A stretch of DNA of 64,000 bases, taken from positions 263 through 64,262 of the forward strand of contig JBEASE010000005.1 of NCBI GenBank assembly GCA_041162625.1, in the 5' to 3' direction. Origin of the DNA: Bacteroidota bacterium. Its GTDB lineage: Bacteria; Bacteroidota; Bacteroidia; Chitinophagales; Chitinophagaceae. The notes beneath the pieces were generated by a model. That model had not been told where the DNA came from. It was given only the letters and a program-made list of their open reading frames with translations, and made no database searches. A program made the translations under genes and the position numbers. Positions 47,662-58,563 of this stretch are shown here, piece after piece (the first letter of the stretch is position 1; the number at the start of each line of letters is the position of its first letter).

Positions 47662-49002
47662 TTATCGAAGAATCATTTGCCGGTCTGCATCCAGTCTAAT
47701 TAGCACAAACAAAAGCACAGTAAATGTTACCAAGGCTGTTCCGCCAAAACTTAAGAATGGCAAAGGAATGCCAATTACTGGAACTATACCAATGGTCATA
47801 CCTATGTTGATGAATATATGAAAGAATAAAACAGATGCAACGCCATATGCGTACGCGCGGCTGAAAGTACTTCTTTGTCGCTCTGCCATATTCACAATTC
47901 TAAACAACATGAACAGATATAAACCCAAGAGAAAAATACTGCCCACAAATCCAAATCCTTCTCCAATTGTACAAAAAATAAAGTCTGTTCGTTGTTCAGG
48001 CACAAAATCATACCTGGTTTGAGTTCCCTTCATCAATCCTTTTCCCAAAAAGCCACCTGACCCTATTGCTATCTTACTTTGTTTTACATTGTAATTTCCC
48101 GCCTTTTGTCTTTCTTGCATTTTTTTAATGTCTTGCTCCGACATTGTTGATTCATCAATTTCCATATCCTTACCTACTGTTGCATAAATACGCTGTACTT
48201 GATAAGGCTTCAAGACATTGTTAAAAAAATAAGGTATCGCAAATCTTTGTATACCTACTGCTAGCGCCCAAAAACCAATGATCAAAAATAAAAGAGAGCG
48301 TTTTCTCTTGATTTGTCGCTTTAATTCATAAATGACTGCAGCAGCAACTACCGTCAATAGAACAGCCAAAATATTTTGATCAATCAGTAAAGTGAGTATA
48401 ACAAGTATCGCAACAGAAAAGCCAATGACAAGAATAGCAGAAGGCAATCCTTCCCTGTACATCACTAGAAAAAAGGAAAAATAAACAAGAGCTAACCCTG
48501 TCTCGCTCTGCAATACAGCCATTATTGCTGGGATCAATACCAATGCAGAAGCAATCATTTGCGATTTCAATTTTTTGAAATTGAGATCTGGTGTTGATAA
48601 ATATTTTGCCAATGCAAGGTTCACAAATATTTTACACAACTCCGCTGGCTGAAGCTGAAATCCAGAAAACCTAATAATCGACTTTGTTCCTTTAATATCA
48701 GTGTGAAAAGGAAATACCAACACCATTAAGATGATACCAAACACATATAAAATGTTGGCTGTTGCTGTATAAAACTTACTATCGGTAAGTAAAATAAATG
48801 AACCAATTACAATACAAATCAAAAAATACAATAGCTGTCGGCTGTAATCTGTATTCAAAGAAAGAAATCCCTTGATAACCGATTCATCTCTATAGGTTGT
48901 TGCAAAAATACTTGCAATACCTGTAAGCACAAGCAATACATAGACACCAATCAGCGTCCAGTCAATCCCTTTTGATATTTCAAACGAATTGTTCTTCATC
49001 AT
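47662..49002 (-). CDS. rodA: Rod shape-determining protein RodA (SEDS family peptidoglycan polymerase)
   Basis: About 10 TM spans and C-terminal GIPLPFLSFGGTA. It sits after mrdA. Confidence 0.92.
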   Translation of the reverse strand: MMKNNSFEISKGIDWTLIGVYVLLVLTGIASIFATTYRDESVIKGFLSLNTDYSRQLLYFLICIVIGSFILLTDSKFYTATANILYVFGIILMVLVFPFHTDIKGTKSIIRFSGFQLQPAELCKIFVNLALAKYLSTPDLNFKKLKSQMIASALVLIPAIMAVLQSETGLALVYFSFFLVMYREGLPSAILVIGFSVAILVILTLLIDQNILAVLLTVVAAAVIYELKRQIKRKRSLLFLIIGFWALAVGIQRFAIPYFFNNVLKPYQVQRIYATVGKDMEIDESTMSEQDIKKMQERQKAGNYNVKQSKIAIGSGGFLGKGLMKGTQTRYDFVPEQRTDFIFCTIGEGFGFVGSIFLLGLYLFMLFRIVNMAERQRSTFSRAYAYGVASVLFFHIFINIGMTIGIVPVIGIPLPFLSFGGTALVTFTVLLFVLIRLDADRQMILR

Positions 49003-51022
49003 TCGGTTTTATTGCTATTATATTATGGTGCGCAACAGCTTTTTTTCTATTGTTATCTTTTCTGTCATGTTCATGATTGGCTAAAACTCTTAGCTGTTGT
49101 TTTTTTAATCTTTCACGCTTGAGAGAATCTAATCTGTTACGCTTCGCTTTCACAATAGGTAAAATGATTTCCTGATTTTCAATGCGCTCAACTTCCTTCC
49201 AACGAATTGCAGATAGGGTGTCCTTTAAATATTTTTCCATGATTAATCCAGCCATAGGACCCGCCCATGTAGCACCAAAGCCTGCGTTTTCAACAATAAC
49301 AGCAACAGCAATTTTTGGGTTTTCTCTTGGGGCAAAACAAACGAACCAAGAATGGTCTTTTAGCTTTTCACGTTTACCATAAATAATTCCATAGTTTTCT
49401 GCAGTTCCTGTCTTACTTGCAACTGCTATTCCATCTATTCTAGCTATGCGTCCAGAACCTGACTCAGTTACATCTTGCATAGCTAGCTGAACGATATCAT
49501 AAATTTCAGATGGAATGTTGGTTACTTGGTGCTTCTTCTTAAATGTATTTAAGACAGTATCTTCATCTGTTTGCGCCTCAATTGACTTTACAAAATGAGG
49601 TGTATAATAATACCCTTTGTTGGCTATGATACACATCAGGTTGGCCATTTGAAGAGGTGTGGCCTGCATTTCGCCTTGACCAATTCCCAAGAACACATTT
49701 GTACAAGAATTCCATGATCGGTTATACAAACGATTATAAAAGCTGGTATCTACAATTAAACCCTTGTCTTCACTGGGTAGATCAATCCCCAATTTAACAC
49801 CAATTCCAAATGAATTCATGTAGTGCTTCCACTTCAAATAACCATTAACTGTTCCATTCAATCTAGGGTTATCCACCGATAAACGATAGATATGAGAAAA
49901 GTAGCTGTTACATGAATTTGCCAATGCAAGTCGAAGATTTGCAGCATGTCCAGGATTATCATGTGTACATTTAATTGGTCTTCTGCATCCAAAATAAGCA
50001 CCACCACATCCAATACCAAAGTTGGGCGTGATAACACCTTCATCCAAAGCAATCAATGCGCCCATTGGTTTTATGGTAGAACCTGGCGGATATTGTCCTT
50101 TTATGGCTCTATTAAACAACGGTCGAGCTGTGTCGCGCAACATCCAAGAAAAATTATTCTTACGCTGATTACCTGTAAGCTGGTTGGGATCGTAGGTTGG
50201 TCCACTAGCCATTGCAATAATTCCTCCTGTTTGTGGTTCTATCGCAACTATTGCTCCTAATTTATTTTTGAGTAATCGTTCCGCTAAAACCTGAACATCT
50301 ATATCAATGTATGTGTTTAAATTTCTTCCCGCAATAGCTACTGAATCATAAAGACCCTTTTCGTATGCCCCTACAATCCTGTTTTTGTTGTCTTTAATTT
50401 GGTAACGGACACCACGTTGTCCCATTAAAATATTTTCATAATAACGCTCCAATCCACTTAGACCCATATAATCACCCATCTGGTAATAATAATTCGTACG
50501 CTTGAGGATATTTGAATCCACCTCACCAACATAACCTAAAATATGTGCTGCTGCTTTAAATGGATATGAACGAATGGGACGCTCCTGCAAGAAGAAGCCA
50601 GGTTCGAAACGAAAAATATTTTCTTGTAATTGCACAAAAGTCTCAATAGCCAAAGAGCCTTCAAATACAGAAGGCCTGTACTTACCATTCTTGATGATAG
50701 CGCCAATGACTCTTTCCCTAAAATCATCGATACTAATATTCAAAATTTTACAAAGCCCCACCGTATCCATCCCCTTAAGTTGCGTAGGGTTGACCATGAG
50801 GTCATATGTAAGTGTATTTTCTAGAATCGATTTTCCTTTTCGATCAAAAATGATTCCTCTGTCAGGATAGATGATATTTTTGCTAACTGCATTATCCAAA
50901 GCCAACAAATCGTATTTCTTGGATCCCAATTGTAAAAAAAGCAGACGAAGTACCAGCACTACAAATGCAAGTAGAAAGAGGATACGGATGAAGTTTTGTC
51001 TCGACTGGTTAAATGCAGGCAT
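48980..51022 (-). CDS. mrdA: Penicillin-binding protein 2 (elongasome transpeptidase)
   Basis: Motifs SxxK (GSTIKP), SxN (NSCNSY) and KTG (SKTGTAE). It has a basic C-terminal tail and overlaps rodA by 23 nt. Confidence 0.93.
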   Translation of the reverse strand: MPAFNQSRQNFIRILFLLAFVVLVLRLLFLQLGSKKYDLLALDNAVSKNIIYPDRGIIFDRKGKSILENTLTYDLMVNPTQLKGMDTVGLCKILNISIDDFRERVIGAIIKNGKYRPSVFEGSLAIETFVQLQENIFRFEPGFFLQERPIRSYPFKAAAHILGYVGEVDSNILKRTNYYYQMGDYMGLSGLERYYENILMGQRGVRYQIKDNKNRIVGAYEKGLYDSVAIAGRNLNTYIDIDVQVLAERLLKNKLGAIVAIEPQTGGIIAMASGPTYDPNQLTGNQRKNNFSWMLRDTARPLFNRAIKGQYPPGSTIKPMGALIALDEGVITPNFGIGCGGAYFGCRRPIKCTHDNPGHAANLRLALANSCNSYFSHIYRLSVDNPRLNGTVNGYLKWKHYMNSFGIGVKLGIDLPSEDKGLIVDTSFYNRLYNRSWNSCTNVFLGIGQGEMQATPLQMANLMCIIANKGYYYTPHFVKSIEAQTDEDTVLNTFKKKHQVTNIPSEIYDIVQLAMQDVTESGSGRIARIDGIAVASKTGTAENYGIIYGKREKLKDHSWFVCFAPRENPKIAVAVIVENAGFGATWAGPMAGLIMEKYLKDTLSAIRWKEVERIENQEIILPIVKAKRNRLDSLKRERLKKQQLRVLANHEHDRKDNNRKKAVAHHNIIAIKPNDEEQFV

Positions 51023-51064
51023 TGTTTACTCACAATTTCAATGCAAAATTAAGCATTTGAAACG

Positions 51065-51586
51065 TTAACGTGTTCGGGTATTTCTGTTGAATAAAAGATC
51101 TGCAATCGCAATAAGCAATAAGCTGATAATAGTAGTCCCAATGAGCTTACCACTGAAATAGAAAAAGCTTCCAAACTGCAACCATTCTAGGAGTATCAAA
51201 TAAAAATGATGAATAAGCGTCATGATGATTATATAGGTAATATAAGGAACCTGACCCATCGTTTTTCTTGTTGGCTCCTCACTTCCCCATTCTGTAGCCT
51301 CCTTTGGTAAAAGCAACTGAATAAATGCTGGTCGGATATAGGCAATTAAAACACAGGCCGCTAAGTGCAATCCTGGAGTTTTATAAAACATATCGGTAAT
51401 ATATCCCGCCATAAAAGCAACAAACAAAATAGTTGTTCGCGTAATATTAAACGGAAGCCAAAGTAAAAATACAAAAGAGAAATAGGGAACAATAAACTGA
51501 TGAAGAGGCGGCACGTTGTTAAGCACAAATAACTGCACCGAAATGATGATGATAAATCGAATGATATTTTTTATAACAAGGTTCAT
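51065..51586 (-). CDS. mreD: Rod shape-determining protein MreD
   Basis: 173-aa polytopic protein after mreC, with a 4-nt overlap. Confidence 0.85.
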   Translation of the reverse strand: MNLVIKNIIRFIIIISVQLFVLNNVPPLHQFIVPYFSFVFLLWLPFNITRTTILFVAFMAGYITDMFYKTPGLHLAACVLIAYIRPAFIQLLLPKEATEWGSEEPTRKTMGQVPYITYIIIMTLIHHFYLILLEWLQFGSFFYFSGKLIGTTIISLLLIAIADLLFNRNTRTR

Positions 51587-52431
51587 TCTTTGTTCATCTT
51601 CTTTTTTAATGCTTCCATTTCATCTTCTAATTTATTTCGAACAGCGTAAGCATGTTGCACATTATAAAAATCAACAGCAGTCTTCACAAGCAGAATATAG
51701 GTATTGGTTTCTTGATCCTGGTCAACTTTGTCAACAATACCAATTGTCAATCCCGGTGGAAATTTATCAGAATACGGACTTGTTACAACTGTATCACCTT
51801 TTTTAGCTACCACCGTCTTAGGGATTTTGGATAATACGAGAAATCTCGGGTCTTTTCCATCCCAATTTATTTCACCTAAACCACTTCCTTTTTTTAAAGT
51901 AGCAATTACTATTGATTGACGATTCAATAAACTCATCACCAAAGACATATTTGGTGATACATTTACGACAGTTCCTACTACGCCATCTACTCCCACTACA
52001 GCCATATTGGGTTGAACACCCTGTTCAGATCCTCTGTGTAATACGATATAATTTTGTTGTAAGAAAACAGAGTTTGAAATCACTTTAGCCGATAAATATT
52101 CATATTGCCTATACTGCTTTACAGAATCTATAAGGAACGTATCTGTTACCAATTTCATTGCACTATCAGGTAACAAAGTGCCATTTGGCAACAAGGAAAG
52201 CAATTTTGCATTCTGCTCTCTGAGTTTTCTGTTTTGTTCACTTAACGATAAAAATTCCTCTACTTTATCAACTCTTGTATTGATGTTGCCAGCTATTTCG
52301 TTTGTAACCATCCCCATAACGGTATTATGGAACCTGTTGTTAGTAAACAACATGGATAATGCCATGATTTGCATTACCAAAAAAATAATGAAAACTGAAT
52401 AGCGCTTAAGAAATAAAAAAACGTTACGCAT
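51583..52431 (-). CDS. mreC: Rod shape-determining protein MreC
   Basis: N-terminal TM segment, a coiled coil (LSEQNRKLREQNAKL) and C-terminal beta domains (GDTVVTSPYSDKFPPGLTIG). Confidence 0.9.
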   Translation of the reverse strand: MRNVFLFLKRYSVFIIFLVMQIMALSMLFTNNRFHNTVMGMVTNEIAGNINTRVDKVEEFLSLSEQNRKLREQNAKLLSLLPNGTLLPDSAMKLVTDTFLIDSVKQYRQYEYLSAKVISNSVFLQQNYIVLHRGSEQGVQPNMAVVGVDGVVGTVVNVSPNMSLVMSLLNRQSIVIATLKKGSGLGEINWDGKDPRFLVLSKIPKTVVAKKGDTVVTSPYSDKFPPGLTIGIVDKVDQDQETNTYILLVKTAVDFYNVQHAYAVRNKLEDEMEALKKKMNKE

Positions 52432-52464
52432 GGAGAACCTGCTCCTTGTGTTTTTTTATCCAGA

Positions 52465-53490
52465 TCATCTCATGATGAAAGGGAAATTCGAATAATTTTT
52501 TAATGCAATACCAGTACCACGCACAACACTTTTCAGTGGATCTTCTGCCACATGAACTTGTAACTTTATTTTTTGAGACAGTCGTTTGTCTAATCCTCTC
52601 AACAATGAACCACCACCTGTAATATATAATCCTCTTTTATAAATATCTGCAGCAAGTTCAGGAGGAGTTGTTTCCAAAGCTTTTAGAATTGCTTCTTCAA
52701 TTTTGAAAATAGATTTATCAAGTGCTTCAGCAATTTCCTGGTAGCTCACCATTATTTGTTTTGGAATACCAGTTACCAAATCACGACCATTTACTGGCAT
52801 ATCATCTGGCGGATTATCTAAATCCTTCATTGCTGCACCAACATGTATTTTGATTTGTTCTGCGGTTCTTTCACCAATCAACAAACTATGGTATCTGCGT
52901 AAGGCTTCCATGATATCTGCTGTAAACTCATCACCGGCAATTCTAATTGATTGATCACAAACAATACCTGCCAATGCAATCACGGTTATACCAGTAGTAC
53001 CACCTCCAATATCAATGATCATATTCCCGATTGGCTCGGTAACATCAATACCAATACCCAAAGCTGCAGCCATTGGTTCATGAATCAAATAAACTTCTTT
53101 TGCGCCAGCCTGTTCAGCACTATCACGAACTGCTCTTTTTTCAACTTCAGTAATGCTAGATGGAATACAAATCATCATTTTCCAACTAGGAGGAAACAAA
53201 GGTTTTTTGGGATAGATTAGTTTGATCATTTCCCTGATCATTAATTCTGCTGCATTGAAATCAGCTATCACACCATCCTTAAGAGGACGAACAGTCCTGA
53301 TACTTTCATGCGTTTTTTCATGCATCAACAATGCCTTCTTTCCTACTGCTAATAATTGCTTAGGATTGTTTCTATCCAATGCTACTATTGAAGGCTCATT
53401 TACAACAATCTCATCATTGTGAATAATCAATGTATTGGCAGTGCCCAAGTCGATGGCAATATCTTGTGTAAACCAAGAGAATAATCCCAT
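52465..53490 (-). CDS. mreB: Rod shape-determining actin homologue MreB
   Basis: Motifs DIAIDLGTANTLI, IDIGGGTT and YITGGGSLLRGLD. Confidence 0.97.
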   Translation of the reverse strand: MGLFSWFTQDIAIDLGTANTLIIHNDEIVVNEPSIVALDRNNPKQLLAVGKKALLMHEKTHESIRTVRPLKDGVIADFNAAELMIREMIKLIYPKKPLFPPSWKMMICIPSSITEVEKRAVRDSAEQAGAKEVYLIHEPMAAALGIGIDVTEPIGNMIIDIGGGTTGITVIALAGIVCDQSIRIAGDEFTADIMEALRRYHSLLIGERTAEQIKIHVGAAMKDLDNPPDDMPVNGRDLVTGIPKQIMVSYQEIAEALDKSIFKIEEAILKALETTPPELAADIYKRGLYITGGGSLLRGLDKRLSQKIKLQVHVAEDPLKSVVRGTGIALKNYSNFPFIMR

Positions 53491-53561
53491 GTTGTCAGTT
53501 TTAAGTCCCTACAAATTTCAATCAAATAACCCAATAAACAATCAGCTTTTTCAGCCTTAAC

Positions 53562-54845
53562 TTAATTTTTGAATTCATAGCCAATATCCCTTCGGAAGGC
53601 CATTCCCTCAAAATCAATTTTATCAATAGCAGCTATTGATGATGCTACAGCATTAGCTATCGAATTGCCATAAGAAGTAACTGCTGCTACTCTTCCCCCA
53701 CTTGTAATAACATCATCATTTTTTGATGCAATTCCTGCATAAAAAATATGTGTGCCTTCGTTGAAAGCACTAGACAATCCGCTGATTTTTTTACCCTTTT
53801 CAAAATCACCTGGATATCCTCCACTCACCAAAACCACTGTTGCAGCAGCCCTTTCATCCATTTGCACATGAGCACCTTCAAGCTCACCTTTTTCCATTTT
53901 CAGCATCAGCTCTACCAAATCTGAGCGTAATCTAGGCATTACTACTTCTGTTTCAGGATCGCCCATTCTACAATTGTATTCAATCACAAATGGCTCTCCA
54001 GCAACATTGATTAAGCCAAAAAACACAAACCCTTTGTATACCAATCCTTCCTTGTGAAGCCCGTCAATTGTGGGTTTCACTACTTGCTGAATAACTTTTC
54101 CCATGAAAGCTGCATCGGCAAAAGGAACGGGACTAACCGCGCCCATTCCACCGGTATTCGGACCTTCATCTCCCTCTCCAATGCGTTTATAATCTTTTGC
54201 CTCAGGCAACAAAACATATTGCTTACCATCAGTAAGTGCAAACACGCTTAATTCAACTCCAGTCAGAAATTGTTCTACCACCACACGCTCGCTTGCTTTA
54301 CCAAAACGCGCCTCCTGAATCATATCTTCAAAAGTGGCAATTGCTTCTTCAGTAGATTGTGCAATAACGACTCCTTTACCAGCAGCTAGACCGTCGGCCT
54401 TCAACACAATTGGCAAGCTATGCTCCCGTAAGTAAGCTACCCCTTCAGTATAATTTTCTTTTGTAAACTCTTTGTATTGGGCCGTAGGTATGCCATTTCG
54501 ATCCATAAAGGCCTTGGCAAAGGCTTTACTCCCCTCTAATTGTGCCGCCTTTGCAGATGGTCCAACTACCACAATTTGCGATAATGATGGATCGTTTTTA
54601 AAATAATCATATACCCCATTCACCAAAGGATCTTCTGGACCAACCACTAGCATTTCAATCTGCTTTTCCTTGCAGAAAACTGCTAAAGTCTCAAAATCAT
54701 TGACCCCAATTGTGACGTTTTCTCCGCATTTTGCTGTACCTGGATTACCTGGGGCAATGTATAATTGTGAGCAAAGTTTACTCTGACTGATTTTCCATGC
54801 CATGGCATGTTCTCTACCACCTGAACCGAGAAGAAGAATATTCAT
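53562..54845 (-). CDS. purD: Phosphoribosylamine-glycine ligase
   Basis: MNILLLGSGGREHAMAWK and ATP-grasp motifs (LKADGLAAGKGV, EYNCRMGDPE). Confidence 0.96.
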   Translation of the reverse strand: MNILLLGSGGREHAMAWKISQSKLCSQLYIAPGNPGTAKCGENVTIGVNDFETLAVFCKEKQIEMLVVGPEDPLVNGVYDYFKNDPSLSQIVVVGPSAKAAQLEGSKAFAKAFMDRNGIPTAQYKEFTKENYTEGVAYLREHSLPIVLKADGLAAGKGVVIAQSTEEAIATFEDMIQEARFGKASERVVVEQFLTGVELSVFALTDGKQYVLLPEAKDYKRIGEGDEGPNTGGMGAVSPVPFADAAFMGKVIQQVVKPTIDGLHKEGLVYKGFVFFGLINVAGEPFVIEYNCRMGDPETEVVMPRLRSDLVELMLKMEKGELEGAHVQMDERAAATVVLVSGGYPGDFEKGKKISGLSSAFNEGTHIFYAGIASKNDDVITSGGRVAAVTSYGNSIANAVASSIAAIDKIDFEGMAFRRDIGYEFKN

Positions 54846-54927
54846 AAAGGAATAATGATTGTGTTACGAAAAGCTGCTCGCGAAGATACAAATTGCTTAT
54901 TTTAGGACGATCAATAAACATAGACCC

Positions 54928-56487
54928 ATGTCAACCAACCAAAACCAATCGCATCCAAAAGGCCTTTACGTGCTATTTGCCACTGAAATGTGGGAACGTT
55001 TCAATTACTACGGAATGAGGGCCATTCTGGTGCTTTTCATGACAAAAGCATTGCTGTTTTCGAAAGATTTTTCATCACAGCTATACGGTGGCTATACCAG
55101 CTTAGTTTATTTAACTCCCTTAATAGGTGGCTATTTTGCAGATCGCTTCTGGGGGAACCAACGCTCCATCATCATTGGTGGTTTGGTGATGGCTATAGGG
55201 GAATTCATTCTTTTCTTTTGTGGCAGTGTTTATAGTACTAATCAAGAATTATCCACCTTGCTTTTTTTTACAGGATTGGGTTTCATGATTTCTGGTAATG
55301 GATTTTTTAAACCTAATATTTCTGCACTTGTTGGACAACTTTATCCCAAGGGAGATCGTAGAATTGATGCTGCTTATACCATTTTCTACATGGGTATTAA
55401 CGTGGGAGGTGCACTAGGACCATTCATTTGCGGATTGGTTGGCGATACGGGTAATCCAGCTGATTTCAAATGGGCTTTTATGGCTGGTGGAATTGGTATG
55501 TTGTTAAGTGTATTGATTCAACTATTATACCATAAAAAATATGTGGTTGGTCCAGATTTAAAAACATTGGGAGAAATTCCAACAACGGCACCAGCATACA
55601 GTAAAAATCCAATTTTTGGGCTCGTTGTTTTCTTCTTGTTGATTGGCGTTGCAACTACTCTTTTGTACATGGACTCTGGGCTGGGACAAATCCAACATTG
55701 GGGTTTTAATATTGGCAGTATTAATATCTCTACTGCACTTTTCACCAACCTTGTCTTTTTATTGGTAGCATGTATTTTAATTATTGCAGTAATCATATTC
55801 ACCGATAAAAGCCTTACCAAGCTTGAAAAAAGCAAAGTAGCTGTAATTTTTACTGTCTCCTTTTTTGTGGTCTTTTTCTGGAGTGCTTATGAGCAAGCAG
55901 GTGCATCACTTACCTTTTTTGCAGACGAACAGACCAACAGAGATTTAGGTTTTTATGTAGTACCAGCAAGCTTTTTCGCATCACTCAACTCAATATTTGT
56001 AGTAGGCTTTGCGCCCATTTTTGCTTGGTTGTGGGTGAAGCTGGGAAAAATGGATCCTTCTTCACCAACGAAAATGGCATGGGGACTCCTTCTACTTGCA
56101 CTGGGGTATTTGTGGATCGCATTTGGTGTTAAAGATGTACAACCAGGAATAAAAGTGAGTATGATATGGCTGGTGGGTATGTACGCCTTGCATACTGCAG
56201 GTGAACTTTGCCTATCACCTATCGGATTATCACTGGTCAATAAACTTGCTCCTGCAAAATTTGCTTCCATGTTGATGGCAGTTTGGTTTACAGCAAATGC
56301 CTTTGCCAATTATTTAGCAGGCGCATTAAGCAAACTCTATCCTGAAGAAGGTAAAGCAAAGTTCATTCTAGGCTATCCTATCGAAAACAATTATTCATTC
56401 TTTATGGTATTTGTTGTGATGTCTGGTATAGCTGCTTTCATTCTCTTCTTCCTTTCCAGAAAACTGCAGAACTTAATGAAGGATTAA
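54928..56487 (+). CDS. POT/PTR2-family di-/tripeptide:proton symporter
   Basis: Signature EMWERFNYYGMRAILV and GGYFADRFWG. The start is set at MSTNQNQSHPKGLY. Confidence 0.92.
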   Translation: MSTNQNQSHPKGLYVLFATEMWERFNYYGMRAILVLFMTKALLFSKDFSSQLYGGYTSLVYLTPLIGGYFADRFWGNQRSIIIGGLVMAIGEFILFFCGSVYSTNQELSTLLFFTGLGFMISGNGFFKPNISALVGQLYPKGDRRIDAAYTIFYMGINVGGALGPFICGLVGDTGNPADFKWAFMAGGIGMLLSVLIQLLYHKKYVVGPDLKTLGEIPTTAPAYSKNPIFGLVVFFLLIGVATTLLYMDSGLGQIQHWGFNIGSINISTALFTNLVFLLVACILIIAVIIFTDKSLTKLEKSKVAVIFTVSFFVVFFWSAYEQAGASLTFFADEQTNRDLGFYVVPASFFASLNSIFVVGFAPIFAWLWVKLGKMDPSSPTKMAWGLLLLALGYLWIAFGVKDVQPGIKVSMIWLVGMYALHTAGELCLSPIGLSLVNKLAPAKFASMLMAVWFTANAFANYLAGALSKLYPEEGKAKFILGYPIENNYSFFMVFVVMSGIAAFILFFLSRKLQNLMKD

Positions 56488-56508
56488 CCCTTTTTCAAAC
56501 TCAACTAT

Positions 56509-58554
56509 ATGTCTGAAAAAAAATTTGTGCCTTTCATCACTCCGGAAACCGCCATGAAAGAGTTCACGCTCAAGGCTCTAATCACAGGTGCTGCCTTTGG
56601 TATCATCTTTGGTGCAGCAACTGTATACCTCGCTCTTAAAGCGGGCTTGACCGTATCTGCATCTATACCAATTGCAGTGATGTCAATTGCTTTGAGTAAA
56701 TTATTTCTCAAAACAACCATCTTAGAAAATAACATCATCCAAACAACTGGATCAGCTGGAGAAAGTATTGCTGCTGGTGTTGTATTCACCCTACCTGGAT
56801 TTTTATTTTTAAGCGAAAGCAGCAGTGCTGATTATTTCAATTACATCACCATCCTCATTCTTGCTGTATTTGGAGGCATGTTGGGTACGTTGATGATGAT
56901 TCCCTTAAGAAGTGCATTGATTGTAAAAGAACACGAAACATTGCCTTATCCAGAAGGAACGGCATGTGCTTCTGTTTTGAAGGCAGGTGAAAAAGGAGGC
57001 AATTTTGCGAAGACTGCGTTTGCGGGGTTGGGACTAGCAACGGTTTATGCTTTCCTTCAAAAGATCTTTCATGTTGTTGCAGAAACTCCATCCTTCATGA
57101 CTTCACAGGCAAACAAGTATTTGCCTTCTGCAAAAATCAGTGGAGAAATCACTCCTGAATATCTTGGTGTAGGTTACATCATTGGTCCGAAAATTGCTGG
57201 AGTGCTTGTAGCGGGTAGCGTGCTCACTTGGTTTGTATTTAATCCTTTGTTGGCAACTGTTGTACCAGGCGATGTAATTGCAGCACAATTGGTCAAGTTG
57301 GGCTATTTGCAAGATCTACAAACTGCAGGTGGACCAGGAGGATGGGATCCTGTAACACATCAATTCAATGATTATGCGGTTGCCATCTATCGCGCATTTG
57401 TGAGACAAATAGGTGCGGGAGCTGTTGCTGCAGGTGGCTTTATTACCCTCATCAAAACCATACCAACCATCATTTCTTCTTTCAAAGGAAGTTTAGGCAG
57501 TATCCGAGCAGAAAAAACTGAAAATGCAACCATCAAAAGAACAGATAGAGATCTTTCCGTGAAAATAGTTTTATGGGGAAGCTTGGGACTGATTCTGTTA
57601 ATGACCATAATGCCACAAATACCTGGCGATGGTATACTCAGCAAATTATTGATTGGCGTTTTGGTGGTATTATTTGGCGCGTTTTTTGTGACTGTTTCCT
57701 CTAGAATTGTCGGATTGATTGGTTCATCCAATAATCCTATTTCAGGTATGACCATTGCTACGATCATGGGTACTTGTTTGGTTTTTATAGCAGTCGGCTG
57801 GACCGGGAAACTATATGAACCAATGGCCCTGGTTGTTGGTGGTATGATCTGTATCGCTGCAGCCAATGCAGGTGCCACATCACAAGACCTTAAAACAGGT
57901 TATATCCTTGGCGCAACACCCCGTGCACAACAAATTTCATTGTTTATAGGTGCGATTGTTTCATCCATTGCGATTGGATTCACCATTAAAGTCTTGGATA
58001 CGCCAACACAAGAAATGATTTCTTCAGGTATCAACCATGCTATTGGGACTGATAAATATGCTGCGCCACAGGCGACGTTGATGGCAACATTAATTAAGGG
58101 AATTTTATCTTTTAATCTTGATTGGCAGTTCGTTTTGGTGGGCGTTGCTATCGCAGTTGTAATGGAATTGTGTGGCATCAAAGCACTAAGTTTTGCGATT
58201 GGCATTTATTTACCGTTATCGACTACGCTTCCTATTTTCATTGGTGGCGCAATTCGTGGTATCATTGACAATAAGCATAAATCAAAAGAATCAAACGAAG
58301 AAGAGGATTTGAGAAAAGGAAATTTATTTGCAACGGGACTAGTAGCCGGAGGTGCCATAGCTGGTGTTATTGTCGCTTTTCTTTCTGCCAACGAAACGAT
58401 TGCAGCTAAATTGAATTTGTTGAACATGGAGCATGCCATAACTACAGCATTGGGTGAACAAGGTTATTATTTGTTGGGGACTTTACTCTTCTTTGTAATG
58501 GCCTTCATCCTTTATAGAATTGCTGCCAAGCCTGAAGACAAAGCTATTGAATAA
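56509..58554 (+). CDS. OPT-family oligopeptide transporter
   Basis: 681-aa polytopic protein with motifs LPYPEGTACASVL and ATSQDLKTGYILGATPR, which are typical of bacterial OPT proteins. Confidence 0.85.
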   Translation: MSEKKFVPFITPETAMKEFTLKALITGAAFGIIFGAATVYLALKAGLTVSASIPIAVMSIALSKLFLKTTILENNIIQTTGSAGESIAAGVVFTLPGFLFLSESSSADYFNYITILILAVFGGMLGTLMMIPLRSALIVKEHETLPYPEGTACASVLKAGEKGGNFAKTAFAGLGLATVYAFLQKIFHVVAETPSFMTSQANKYLPSAKISGEITPEYLGVGYIIGPKIAGVLVAGSVLTWFVFNPLLATVVPGDVIAAQLVKLGYLQDLQTAGGPGGWDPVTHQFNDYAVAIYRAFVRQIGAGAVAAGGFITLIKTIPTIISSFKGSLGSIRAEKTENATIKRTDRDLSVKIVLWGSLGLILLMTIMPQIPGDGILSKLLIGVLVVLFGAFFVTVSSRIVGLIGSSNNPISGMTIATIMGTCLVFIAVGWTGKLYEPMALVVGGMICIAAANAGATSQDLKTGYILGATPRAQQISLFIGAIVSSIAIGFTIKVLDTPTQEMISSGINHAIGTDKYAAPQATLMATLIKGILSFNLDWQFVLVGVAIAVVMELCGIKALSFAIGIYLPLSTTLPIFIGGAIRGIIDNKHKSKESNEEEDLRKGNLFATGLVAGGAIAGVIVAFLSANETIAAKLNLLNMEHAITTALGEQGYYLLGTLLFFVMAFILYRIAAKPEDKAIE

Positions 58555-58563
58555 ATTTATTAT

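Noticed and set aside
54859-54927. N-terminal extensions offered by the ORF track. Affected segments: 54859-54927, 42069-42128, 41982-42008, 24044-24106, 15678-15725, 60891-60908, 45674-45676 and 62458-62472.
   Set aside because: The conserved family N-termini begin at internal Met codons ([58 protein letters not shown]). In three cases (24044-24106, 60891-60908 and 42069-42128) a promoter motif, exact in two and near-match in the third, lies inside the supposed extension.
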